DNA from: an uncultured Acidobacteriota bacterium
GTDB lineage: Bacteria > Acidobacteriota > Polarisedimenticolia > J045
Length of the DNA: 49,931 nt
Assembly: GCA_964586535.1 (NCBI GenBank)
Contig: CAZPJJ010000001.1
Span: 1-49,931, forward strand
Reading direction: 5' to 3'
Below are positions 1 through 9,207 of the stretch, in pieces. The translations under genes were made by a program, and so were the position numbers. The stretch's first letter is position 1, and each line of letters starts with the position of its first letter. A model generated the notes under the pieces. That model made no database searches. It had not been told where the DNA came from and worked only from the letters and a program-made list of their open reading frames with translations.

Positions 1-2399
1 AGAGCGATCCGCTCGTCCTCATGGGCGGGCCCGTCATCTTCAATCCCGAGCCCTTCGCCGACTTCGCCGATGCCATCCTCGTGGGTGACGCCGAGGAGGC
101 GCTCCCGCGCATGATGGACACGCTCCGCGACCTCAAGCGGCAGGGCGCCTCGCGACTCGAAAAGCTGCGCGCGATCGCGTGCATCGGCGGCTGGTACGTC
201 CCGAGCCTCTACGACGTCGAGCCCGAGCCCGTCCTCGGCATGCTCATCTCGCGCCCCAAGCCCGGCGAGGACGTCCCCCGGCGCGTCAAGCGCGCACTCG
301 TGCTCGACCTCGACCAGCACCCCTTCCCCGCGAAGATCATCGTCCCGCACCAGGAGATCGTGCACGACCGCGTGTCGTGGGAAGTCATGCGCGGCTGCCC
401 CGTCGGCTGCCGCTTCTGCCAGGCGGGATATGTCTATCGCCCGACGCGCGAGCGCGATCCCGCCGAGGTCGCCAAGGGCGTGCGCGAGAGCCTGCGCGAG
501 ACGGGCTACGACGAGTTCTCGCTCAACTCGCTCAACACCGGCGAGTACGGCCCCGTCGAGACGCTGATGACCAGCCTCATGGACGAATGCGAGCCCGAGA
601 TGATCTCTGTCTCCACCGGCTCGCTCCACGCCTCGACGATGACCGAGACGCTCGCGGCGCAGCTCAAACGCGTGCGCAAGAGCGGCTTCACGATGGCCCC
701 CGAGGCGGGCTCGCAGCGCCTGCGCAACGTCATCAACAAGAACCTCAGCGAAGAGCAGATCCTCGAGGCCTGCCGCCTCGCGTTCGTCGCCGACTGGAAG
801 GCGATCAAGTTGTATTTCATGCTCGGCCTGCCCACCGAGACCCTCGACGACGTGCTCGGCATCGCCGACCTCTCCGGCAAGATCCTCGACATCGGCCGCC
901 GCCTCGGCGGGCGCCGCGTGACGGTGACCTCCTCGGCATCGACGTTCATTCCGAAGCCCTTTACCCCCTTCCAGTGGTTCGGCATGGCGACCGAGCCCGA
1001 CGTCCGCGCCAAGCAGGACGCCCTCAAGCGCGCCATGCCGCGCGGCGTGGAATTCAAACACCACCCGCGCGCCGAGTCGTGGCTCGAGGGCGTGCTCTCT
1101 CGCGCCGATCGCAGTGTCGCGCCCGCGATCCGTCGCGCCTACGAGCAGGGCGCCGTGCTCGACGCCTGGGGCGAGCACCTCAAGCTCGACGTCTGGCGCG
1201 AGGCCTTCGCCGCGCTGGGCATCGACGCCGATGCCCTCGCCACGCGCGACATCCCGCTCGAGGCCGAGCTGCCCTGGGAGATCGTCGATCCCGAGATCCG
1301 CCGCAAGTGGCTCGAACACGAGTTCAAGCGCGCCCTCGCCGAGAAGACCGTCGACATCTGCGGTGCTGATTCCTGCGCCGGTTGCGCGCCCTTCGCGAAG
1401 GAGTGCATCCACGGCATCGTCGGCCAGAAGAAGTGGACCGACTACACGCCCGCCTCCGCGCTGCCGATGCTCCCCACGCTGCCGATGCTCCCCACGCTCG
1501 GCGCGCCCGGCGCGACCGCGGCCCACGCCGAGGCGCTCGCCTCGTGCGCCGCGCCGGCCGCCGCGCTCCTGGGCGAGCAGGCCCGCCTGGCATCGGCTTC
1601 CACGGCTCATGCGTCCGCGCCCGTCGCCGCCACCGCCGCCGTCGCCTTCGCCGATGCCGAGGCGGCCGCCGCTGACGGCAGCCCCGCACCCGACGCCGCG
1701 GAGACTCCCGCGCGCACCGAGCCACCCGTGTATCGCTATCGCGCGCGCTTCCGCAAAGAAGGCCGCGCGCGCTTCCTCGGTCACCTCGACCTCGTGCGCG
1801 CGCTCGCGCAGTCCTTCCGCCGTGCCGGCGTTCGCCTCGACTACTCCGCGGGCTTCAAGCCCAAGCCCAAGATGTCGCTCTCGCCGGCGCTCGCGCTCGG
1901 CATCGCGTCGCGCGAGGAGTTCCTCGACTTCGAAGTGCGCACCCGCCTCGAGGCCGAGGACTTCCTGCCGCGCATCAACGCTTCGCTGCCCGAAGGGCTC
2001 ACGTTCACCGCTCTCGTCGCGATCGACGGCGTCCGCACGTCCCTGCAGGAAGCCATCCGCCGCGCCCGCTATCACGCCCGCGTGTTCGACGTGGCGCCGG
2101 AAGCCCTGCGCGCGCACATCGAGGCGTTCGCCGCGAGCGAGACCTGCGAGATCGTCCGCGAAGGCAAGAAGGGCAAGCGCACTTTCGACCTGAAAACCAT
2201 CGTCGACGACATCGACATCGGCGAAGACGGCACGCTCCGCTTCACGATCCACGTCGGCCAGGAAGGCAGCGCGCGCCCGGGCGAGGTGCTCGCCGCGCTC
2301 CTGCCCGGGATCGACGCCAGCGACGTCGCGCTCGAGCGCGTCTCGCTGCTCGCCGAGATCGGCGGCCGGCTCGTCTCGCCCCTGCTCGCGCGCGCCTGA
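1..2399 (+). CDS. B12-binding-type radical SAM protein fused to a DUF2344/TIGR03936-like radical-SAM-associated C-terminal module (5' end off window)
   Basis: The frame is open to the left edge (phase from nt 3: SDPLVLMGGPVIFNPEPFADFADAILVGDAEEAL). The radical-SAM cluster motif CPVGCRFC (CxxxCxxC) is present. An Ala/Pro-rich linker spans nt ~1440-1700. The C-terminal block YRYRARFRKEGRARFLGHLDLVRAL is typical of the normally separate radical-SAM-linked protein. Confidence 0.85.
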   Translation, partial: SDPLVLMGGPVIFNPEPFADFADAILVGDAEEALPRMMDTLRDLKRQGASRLEKLRAIACIGGWYVPSLYDVEPEPVLGMLISRPKPGEDVPRRVKRALVLDLDQHPFPAKIIVPHQEIVHDRVSWEVMRGCPVGCRFCQAGYVYRPTRERDPAEVAKGVRESLRETGYDEFSLNSLNTGEYGPVETLMTSLMDECEPEMISVSTGSLHASTMTETLAAQLKRVRKSGFTMAPEAGSQRLRNVINKNLSEEQILEACRLAFVADWKAIKLYFMLGLPTETLDDVLGIADLSGKILDIGRRLGGRRVTVTSSASTFIPKPFTPFQWFGMATEPDVRAKQDALKRAMPRGVEFKHHPRAESWLEGVLSRADRSVAPAIRRAYEQGAVLDAWGEHLKLDVWREAFAALGIDADALATRDIPLEAELPWEIVDPEIRRKWLEHEFKRALAEKTVDICGADSCAGCAPFAKECIHGIVGQKKWTDYTPASALPMLPTLPMLPTLGAPGATAAHAEALASCAAPAAALLGEQARLASASTAHASAPVAATAAVAFADAEAAAADGSPAPDAAETPARTEPPVYRYRARFRKEGRARFLGHLDLVRALAQSFRRAGVRLDYSAGFKPKPKMSLSPALALGIASREEFLDFEVRTRLEAEDFLPRINASLPEGLTFTALVAIDGVRTSLQEAIRRARYHARVFDVAPEALRAHIEAFAASETCEIVREGKKGKRTFDLKTIVDDIDIGEDGTLRFTIHVGQEGSARPGEVLAALLPGIDASDVALERVSLLAEIGGRLVSPLLARA

Positions 2400-2493
2400 C
2401 CGTCGGGCGCGCCGGGAGCGCCGGACGCGCCGGCGGGCGCATCTCTGCGCGTCTGCGATAATCCGGCGTCCGATCGATCGAGCAGGGGACGCC

Positions 2494-3891
2494 GTGTCGG
2501 GAACCATCGTCATCGCACGCGACTTGGGCGAGCTCTGGATGGCGCTCGTCGAAGACGGCCGCGTCGTCGAGCTCGAGATCGACGCCGAGGGCGCGCCGTC
2601 GTGGTTGGGCGCGATCGCCAAGGCGCGCGTCATCAAGGCCGGCGAGCGCTACCGCGGCGCCTTCGTCGACATCGGCCTCGGCCGCGAGGCATTTCTCGTC
2701 CCCGACCGCGCCTGGCCTCCCCCCGAGGACCTCGCCCCCGGAGCCGAGCTGATCGTCCAGGTCACCAGAGAACCCGCGCGCGGCAAGGGGTTGCGGGTGA
2801 CGCGCGCACTCGACATCACGGGCCAGCTCGTCGTGCTCATGCCCGGGACCGCGGCGCGCGGCGTCAGCCACCGCATCGAGGACGAGAGCGAGCGCGAGCG
2901 TCTCCGCGAGCTCCTCGTGCGCATCGCCCCCGCCGACGTCGGCCTCGTCGCCCGGACCGTGTCCGCGGGCGCGTCGGAAGAAGCGATCGTCGCCGAAGTC
3001 GAGGCCCTCGTCGCGCGCTGGCGGGCGATCGAGCAGCGCGCCGCGCTCGTCGCAGCCCCGGTCATCCTCGAAGGCGCCGACGACGCGCCGCGCGCGTTCG
3101 TCCGCGACCGGCTGCGCGGCGTCCCCGAGCGCATCGTGCTCGACCTGGGCGCGCGCGAAGAAGCGGTCACGGGCGACGGCGCATGGCCGATCGCCGTCGA
3201 GCATCACGCGGGCCCCTTGCCCGCCATCGAGGCCTACGGGCTCGATCGCGCGCTGGCCGAGGGCCTCGCCGCCGAGGTGCCGCTGCTCTCGGGCGGCCGT
3301 CTCGTCATCCACGAAACCGAGGCCCTCGTCGCGATCGACGTCAACAGCGGCGGCCGCGGCTCGGGCACGAACGGCGGCAGCATCGAGGACTCGTTCCTCG
3401 AGACCAACCTCGCCGCCGCCCGCGAGATCGCCCGTCAGATCCGTCTGCGCGACCTCGCGGGTCTCATCGTCGTCGACTTCATCGATATGCGGCGGCGCGC
3501 CAACCGCGAGGACGTCGATCACGCCTTCGCGGCGGCGCTTGCCGCGGACGGAGCGCGCATCCGGCGGCTACCGCTCTCGGAATTCTGCGTCGCGGAGCTC
3601 ACCCGCCAACGGCGGCGGCGCAGCCTCGCGGGCGCGCACGGCACGCTCTGTCCGACGTGCTCGCAGGGCGTCGTCGCGTCGGCACCCGCGGCCGCGCGGC
3701 GTCTCCTGCGCACTTTGAGACAGCTTGCGCGCCCGATTCCCGAGGGGCGTTTTCGCGTCTCGGCCGAGGGCGAAGTGCTCGCCGACGCGCGCGCCATCGC
3801 CGACCGGTGGGGCGCGGAGTCCCACCTGCCGGCGATGTCGCGGATCAGCTTCGAGAGCGGAGCGGAGCGCGTCGAAGTCGTCGGGAGGTGA
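2494..3891 (+). CDS. rng: Ribonuclease E/G family protein (RNase G-like size, 465 aa)
   Basis: GTG start. The N-terminal S1-like segment is GAIAKARVIKAGERYRGAFVDIGLGREAFL. The catalytic-core signature VAIDVNSGG is present. The size matches RNase G rather than RNase E. Confidence 0.85.
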   Translation: MSGTIVIARDLGELWMALVEDGRVVELEIDAEGAPSWLGAIAKARVIKAGERYRGAFVDIGLGREAFLVPDRAWPPPEDLAPGAELIVQVTREPARGKGLRVTRALDITGQLVVLMPGTAARGVSHRIEDESERERLRELLVRIAPADVGLVARTVSAGASEEAIVAEVEALVARWRAIEQRAALVAAPVILEGADDAPRAFVRDRLRGVPERIVLDLGAREEAVTGDGAWPIAVEHHAGPLPAIEAYGLDRALAEGLAAEVPLLSGGRLVIHETEALVAIDVNSGGRGSGTNGGSIEDSFLETNLAAAREIARQIRLRDLAGLIVVDFIDMRRRANREDVDHAFAAALAADGARIRRLPLSEFCVAELTRQRRRRSLAGAHGTLCPTCSQGVVASAPAAARRLLRTLRQLARPIPEGRFRVSAEGEVLADARAIADRWGAESHLPAMSRISFESGAERVEVVGR

Positions 3892-3899
3892 CCGAGGGC

Positions 3900-4472
3900 T
3901 CACGAAGAGCGCGGCAGGACCTTCTCGACGGCGGTTTTCATCTCGCTCGACATCGGATCGACGCCCGGCTCGAAGCGCGCGACGATGCGCCCTTCGGCGT
4001 CGACGAGAAACTTCGTGAAATTCCACTTCACGTCGCCCTTGATGCCGTCGCCCGTCTCTTCGGTGAGCGTGCGGTAGAGCGGCGCCTTCTCGGGGCCCTT
4101 CGTCTTGACCTTCGCCATCATCGGGAACGTGACGCCGTAGTTCAGCTTGCAGAACGACGCGATCTCCTCGGCCGTGCCGGGTTCCTGCGCGCCGAAGTCG
4201 TTCGACGGGAAGCCCACGACGACGAGGCCGCGCTCGCGATAAGCGTCGTAGAGCGCCTGCAGCTTGGCGTACTGCGGCGTGTAGCCGCACTTCGAGGCGG
4301 TGTTGACGATCAGCACGGCCTTTCCGCGCAGCGAGGCGAGGTCGAAGCTCTCGCCGGCGAGCGTCGTCACTTTGTGATCGATCATGGGGGTTCCTTTCGC
4401 GGGCTCCGCGGCGAAGGCGGTCGCGCCGAGGGCGAGCGCGATCGTGGCGGCAGCCAGAAGTGTCAAGCGCAT
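3900..4472 (-). CDS. Glutathione peroxidase (secreted/periplasmic, Cys-type)
   Basis: GPx motifs are NTASKCGYTPQY and VVGFPSNDFGAQEPG. I chose the internal ATG at 4472 because it is preceded by AAGGAGA and gives a signal peptide MRLTLLAAATIALALGATAFA. Confidence 0.9.
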   Translation of the reverse strand: MRLTLLAAATIALALGATAFAAEPAKGTPMIDHKVTTLAGESFDLASLRGKAVLIVNTASKCGYTPQYAKLQALYDAYRERGLVVVGFPSNDFGAQEPGTAEEIASFCKLNYGVTFPMMAKVKTKGPEKAPLYRTLTEETGDGIKGDVKWNFTKFLVDAEGRIVARFEPGVDPMSSEMKTAVEKVLPRSS

Positions 4473-4598
4473 GCGGTTCTCCTTGGTTTGGAAACAGAAG
4501 GACGCTAGCACGGCGCGCGGATCCGGCCAGCGAGGCGCGGGATCGCGAGGCCAGGGCTACAATCCGGGAACCTCTCTCGACCCGAGGACCGCTCGCTC

Positions 4599-5828
4599 AT
4601 GCGCTTTCGATTCGTACCCGGGGCGCCGCCACCGATGCTGCTCGTTCTCGCTGCCGCGGCGCTCCTCGGCGCCGGCGGTTGTCGCAACGAGGCCGCCGCG
4701 GACTCGTCCAAGCGCTCGCAGGACGGCAAACCCGCCGGGCGCGTCGTGCGCGTCGCCGTCGCCGAGCGCGGCACGCTACCGCAGTCGGTGCTGACCTCGG
4801 GGACGCTCGCGGCCGAAGAGCGCGCCGACCTCGCCATGAAGGCCGCCGGCCGCATCGGCACGCTCCATGTCGACCTCGGCAGCGTCGTTGCGGAGGGCGC
4901 GCCGCTCGCGCGCCTCGATCCGACGGACTTCGACCTCCGCGTGAGCCAATCCGAGGCGGCGCTCCGCCAGGCTCAGGCCCGGCTCGGGCTCGGGCCTGAG
5001 GGCACCGAAGCCGACGTCACCATCGAAGACACTGCGGTCGTCCGCCAGGCGAAGGCCGTGCTCGACGAGGCCCGGCTGCGCCGCGATCGCTTTCTCGCCC
5101 TCCATCGACAGGAACTAGTCTCCGCCGCGGAACGCGATGCCGCCGAGGCTTCGTTCCTGGTGGCCGAGAGCCGCTACCAGGACGCGCTCGAAGAAGCGCG
5201 CAACCGGCGCGCGGTGCTCGGCCAGCGCCGCTCCGAGTACGAGATCGCGCTCCAGCAGCGCGCCGACTCGGTGTTGCTCGCTCCCTTCGCCGGGGCGATC
5301 AGCGCGCGCCACGTCGCGATTGGACAGTACGTGACCCCCGGACAGCCCGTCGTGACGATCGTGCGCACGCATCCGCTGCGCCTGCGCGTCGAGGTACCCG
5401 AGCGCGAGGCGGCGCGCGTCCGCAAGGGTCAAGAGGTCATCGTCACCGTCGAAGGCGAGAGCGGCATCGCCGCCGGCCGCGTCGCGCGCCTCTCGCCCGC
5501 ACTCGACGAGCGCTCGCGCACGCTCACCGTCGAGGCCGAGATTCCCAACCGCGACGGCCGCTTGCGCCCCGGCTCCTTCGCGCGCGCCGAGATCATCACC
5601 GCGTCGGACGTTCCCGCCGTGCTCGTGCCCCGTGCGGCGCTCACGACCTTCGCGGGGATCGAGAAGGTGCTGCTCGTCGTCGACGGCAAGAGCGAAGAGC
5701 GGCGCGTCGTCTCGGGCCGCCGGGCGGGTGATCGCGTCGAGATCGTCCAAGGCCTCCAGGGCGGCGAGACCGTCGTCGTCGATCCCGGAAACCTCGTTGG
5801 CGGCCAGGCCGTGGAGATCGAGCGCTGA
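4599..5828 (+). CDS. RND efflux periplasmic adaptor (membrane fusion protein, HlyD/AcrA family), lipoprotein
   Basis: A lipobox-like LLGAGGC follows the signal sequence. Coiled-coil and beta-barrel MFP architecture is present. The stop overlaps the next ATG by 1 nt (TGATG). Confidence 0.85.
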   Translation: MRFRFVPGAPPPMLLVLAAAALLGAGGCRNEAAADSSKRSQDGKPAGRVVRVAVAERGTLPQSVLTSGTLAAEERADLAMKAAGRIGTLHVDLGSVVAEGAPLARLDPTDFDLRVSQSEAALRQAQARLGLGPEGTEADVTIEDTAVVRQAKAVLDEARLRRDRFLALHRQELVSAAERDAAEASFLVAESRYQDALEEARNRRAVLGQRRSEYEIALQQRADSVLLAPFAGAISARHVAIGQYVTPGQPVVTIVRTHPLRLRVEVPEREAARVRKGQEVIVTVEGESGIAAGRVARLSPALDERSRTLTVEAEIPNRDGRLRPGSFARAEIITASDVPAVLVPRAALTTFAGIEKVLLVVDGKSEERRVVSGRRAGDRVEIVQGLQGGETVVVDPGNLVGGQAVEIER

Positions 5829-8800
5829 TGCAGTGGCTCGCCGAGATCTGCATCAGGCGACCCGTCTTCGCCACGATGCTCATCCTCGCGCTCGTCGTCG
5901 TCGGCGCGGCGAGCTGGTTCCAACTCGGCGTCGACCGCTTCCCGGCCGTCGACCTGCCCACCGTCGCCGTGCGCACCTTCCTGCCCGGCGCGTCGCCCGA
6001 GGAAGTCGAGACCGTCCTCTCGCAACCGATCGAAGAAGTCGTCAACACCGTCGAGGGCATCGAAGAGCTGCGCTCGGTGTCGGGGCCCGGCGCGTCGTTC
6101 GTCATCGCGACCTTCAGCCTCGAGCGCGACATCGACGTCGCCGCCCAGGACATCCGCGACCGCATCGCCGCCGTCGTGCGCCAGTTGCCGCGCGACGTCG
6201 ATCCGCCGGTCGTTTCCAAGTTCAACAACGAGGACCAGCCGATCCTCACGCTCGCGCTTTCGGGCAATCGCTCGGTGCGCGAGCTGACCGAGATCGCCGA
6301 CAAGCTCGTGCGGCGCCAACTCGAGCGCTCGACCGGCGTGGGCGAGGTGCGCATCGTCGGCGGCCTCGAGCGCGCGATCAACGTCTGGATCGATGCCGAC
6401 CGGCTCGCGGCGTATCGCATCCCGATCACGGACGTCCGCGACGCCCTCGTGCGCGGTAACGCCGAGACACCCGGCGGCAACATCACCGGCGAGCGCCGCG
6501 AGGAAGTGCTGCGCACGATGGGGCGCATCACCGATCCGCGCGACTTCGAGAACATCGTCGTCACGACCATCGCCGGGCAGCCGATCCGCGTGCGCGACGT
6601 GGGACGCGTCGAGGACGGCACCAAAGAGCAGCGCACCGTCGCGCGTCTCGACGGCGTGCCGACCGTGCAGGTGCAGGTGCTGCGTCAGTCCGGAGCCAAC
6701 ACCATCGAGGTCATCGAGGCCGCCAAGGCCAACCTCGAGGCGATTGCGGCGCAGCTTCCCGCCGACGTCCGCATCGAGACGATCCGCGACCAGTCGCGCT
6801 ACATCTACGCGGCGCTGCAGGAGATCGAGTCCCACCTGGTGATGGGCAGCGTTCTCGCGTCGCTCGTCGTGCTCGCCTTCATGCGCTCGTGGCGCTCGAC
6901 GATCATCGCCGCGGTCGCGATTCCCACGTCGGTCATCGCCACCTTCGGCATGATGTGGGCGCTCGATTTCACGCTCAACAGCGTCACGATGCTCGCGCTC
7001 GTGCTCATGGTCGGCATCGTCATCGACGATGCCATCGTCGTGCTCGAGAACATCTACCGCTTCGTCGAAGAAAAGCGCATGACGCCCTTCGTCGCCGCGC
7101 GGGAGGCCACGGCCGAGATCGGCCTCGCGGTGCTGGCGACGACGCTCTCGCTCGTCGTCATCTTCGTGCCCGTCTCGTTCATGTCGAGCATCTCCGGACG
7201 CTTCCTTTATCAGTTCGGCATCACCGCCGCCGTTGCCGTGATGGTGAGCCTGCTGGTCTCGTTCACCTTGACGCCGATGATGAGCGCACGTCTGCTGCGC
7301 GCCGAGGACGGCGCCCGCGCCGGCGAGATCGCGCGCTCGCGCAGCGGCCTCTACGGCCGGCTCGACCACGCCTACGAGCGCATGCTCGCCTGGTCGATGA
7401 AGCGCCGGCTCGTCATGGCCGGCGTCGGTGCGGTCGTCGCGCTCTCGTCGATCCCGCTCTACCAGATGGTTCGCGCCGAGTACATCCCGAGCAACGTCGA
7501 CGAAGCCGAGTTCGACGTCAACGTCACCGCACCCGAGGGCACGAGCCTCGCCGCCATGGATGAGATCATGCGCGCCGTCGAGGCCGAAGTGCGCGCGATT
7601 GCATCCGTGCGCCTGCTGCTCTGCGACGCCGGCGGCGGCTTCCTCGGCGGTGTCAACAGCGGTGGGTGCTACGTGCGCATCGCGCCGCACGAGGAGCGCA
7701 CCTTCTCGATCGGCCGTCTCCTGCGCGAATGTGCGCGCTTGCAGCCGTGGGCCGCGTTCCAGGGCAACGCCTCGCAGCGCGACGTCATGCAGGAAGTGCG
7801 GCGCAAGCTGCGCCAGTTCCCCGACCTGCGCACCTCCGTGCGAAACCTGCGCTCCTTCAACATTGGCGGTCCGCCCGTCGACATCGACTTCGTGATCCGC
7901 GGGCCCGAGCTTTCCCAGCTCGCCGCCTACGCCGAGCAGCTTCGCGTGCGCGCGCCCGAGCTCGGGCTCGTCGACGCCGACATCACGCTCAAGCTCGACA
8001 AGCCCGAACTGCACGCCGTCATCGATCGCGAGCGTGCGGCCGATCTCGGCATCGACAGCGAGGACGTCGCGACCGCGCTGCGGCTCATGGTCGGCGGCGA
8101 CACGCAGGTCTCGCGCTTTCTCGACCCCGCGATCAACGAGGAGTACGACGTCCAGCTGCGTCTCAGCGAGTCCGACCGCAACGACCCCGCGCGCATCGCG
8201 ACGCTCTACGTCGAGGGGTCGGGCGGCGCGCTCGTGCGCCTCGACAACGTCGTCTCGCTCGAGCGCGAGCAGGGCGTCTCGCGCATCGACCGCCTCGATC
8301 GCCAGCGGCAGGTCAGCCTGCGTGCCGGCGTCGCCCCCGGCTTCGCGCAGGCCGACCGCATCGCCGCGCTGCGCGAGGCATTCACGGAGATGAACCTCCC
8401 GCCCGCGTACTCCAGCGCCATCTCGGGACGCGCGCGCGAGTTCGAGCGCACCTACCAGGAGTTCCTCTGGGCCTTCGTGCTCTCGATCATCTTCATGTAC
8501 ATGATCCTCGCCGCGCAGTTCGAGAGCCTCGTCCATCCGCTCACGATCCTGCTCTCGCTGCCGCTCTCGATCCCCTTCGCACTCCTCTCGCTCTGGGCCA
8601 CCGACAACACGATCAACTTGTACTCCGCACTCGGCGTGCTCGTGCTCTTCGGCGTCGTCAAGAAGAACGCCATCTTGCAGGTCGATCACATGAACAAGCT
8701 GCGCGAGGCCGGCCTCGCGCGCCTCGACGCCATCATGCAGGGCAACCGCGACCGGCTCCGGCCCATCCTGATGACCACGCTCTCGCTCGTCGCCGGCATG

Positions 8801-9022
8801 GCGCCACTCGCGCTCGGTAGCGGCCCCGGCGCCGAAGAGCGCCGCGCCGTCGCCGTCGTCGTCATCGGCGGCCAGACCCTCTGCCTGCTGCTCACCCTGC
8901 TCGTCACCCCCGTTGCTTACAGCCTCTTCGACGATATCGCCATCTGGTGGCGCGAGCGCGCTGCCGCGCGTGCGGCGCGCGGGGTGGCGCGGCGCGACGA
9001 GGCGAGGGGGGAGCGCGCATAG
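5828..9022 (+). CDS. RND efflux permease (AcrB/AcrD/AcrF family, 1064 aa)
   Basis: The N-terminus WLAEICIRRPVFATMLILALVVVG is typical. Twelve-TM RND topology is apparent. The size and the coupling to the upstream MFP gene fit. Confidence 0.9.
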   Translation: MQWLAEICIRRPVFATMLILALVVVGAASWFQLGVDRFPAVDLPTVAVRTFLPGASPEEVETVLSQPIEEVVNTVEGIEELRSVSGPGASFVIATFSLERDIDVAAQDIRDRIAAVVRQLPRDVDPPVVSKFNNEDQPILTLALSGNRSVRELTEIADKLVRRQLERSTGVGEVRIVGGLERAINVWIDADRLAAYRIPITDVRDALVRGNAETPGGNITGERREEVLRTMGRITDPRDFENIVVTTIAGQPIRVRDVGRVEDGTKEQRTVARLDGVPTVQVQVLRQSGANTIEVIEAAKANLEAIAAQLPADVRIETIRDQSRYIYAALQEIESHLVMGSVLASLVVLAFMRSWRSTIIAAVAIPTSVIATFGMMWALDFTLNSVTMLALVLMVGIVIDDAIVVLENIYRFVEEKRMTPFVAAREATAEIGLAVLATTLSLVVIFVPVSFMSSISGRFLYQFGITAAVAVMVSLLVSFTLTPMMSARLLRAEDGARAGEIARSRSGLYGRLDHAYERMLAWSMKRRLVMAGVGAVVALSSIPLYQMVRAEYIPSNVDEAEFDVNVTAPEGTSLAAMDEIMRAVEAEVRAIASVRLLLCDAGGGFLGGVNSGGCYVRIAPHEERTFSIGRLLRECARLQPWAAFQGNASQRDVMQEVRRKLRQFPDLRTSVRNLRSFNIGGPPVDIDFVIRGPELSQLAAYAEQLRVRAPELGLVDADITLKLDKPELHAVIDRERAADLGIDSEDVATALRLMVGGDTQVSRFLDPAINEEYDVQLRLSESDRNDPARIATLYVEGSGGALVRLDNVVSLEREQGVSRIDRLDRQRQVSLRAGVAPGFAQADRIAALREAFTEMNLPPAYSSAISGRAREFERTYQEFLWAFVLSIIFMYMILAAQFESLVHPLTILLSLPLSIPFALLSLWATDNTINLYSALGVLVLFGVVKKNAILQVDHMNKLREAGLARLDAIMQGNRDRLRPILMTTLSLVAGMAPLALGSGPGAEERRAVAVVVIGGQTLCLLLTLLVTPVAYSLFDDIAIWWRERAAARAARGVARRDEARGERA

Positions 9023-9070
9023 CGAGGGGAGAGCGCGCATAGCGAGGGGAGAGCGGGCGTAGCGAGGACG
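9011..9070. repeat. 20-bp tandem repeat (2 perfect copies plus 1 degenerate) spanning the RND stop codon
   Basis: GAGCGCGCATAGCGAGGGGA occurs at 9011-9030 and 9031-9050. A degenerate copy GAGCGGGCGTAGCGAGGACG lies at 9051-9070. The TAG stop (9020-9022) lies inside copy 1. Confidence 0.85.
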
Positions 9071-9207
9071 CGAGTCGCGAAGCGCAGGCCGCTCGCGCGG
9101 GTCGGGTGGGGCGGTCGAGTCGTGCGCCGTGAGGGCCGTCCGGCGTGCGGCGTACGGAGATCGACCTCGGGCGACGCGATCGAGCCGTCACCAAGGTCGA
9201 GGTCGCG

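Noticed and set aside
3900-4472. Possible selenocysteine-type glutathione peroxidase with a recoded TGA.
   Set aside because: The active-site position is an ordinary Cys codon (NTASKCGYT). There is no in-frame TGA and no SECIS-like hairpin.
5429-9040. 1203-aa antisense ORF opposite the RND genes. Similar cases are 44352-48935 (+, 1527 aa) opposite nifJ/DHOD and 2242-3522 (-) opposite RNase G.
   Set aside because: These are typical shadow ORFs of a 70% GC genome. Their translations are low-complexity (Arg/Asp/Gly/His/Glu-rich). The opposite strand encodes unmistakable conserved proteins.
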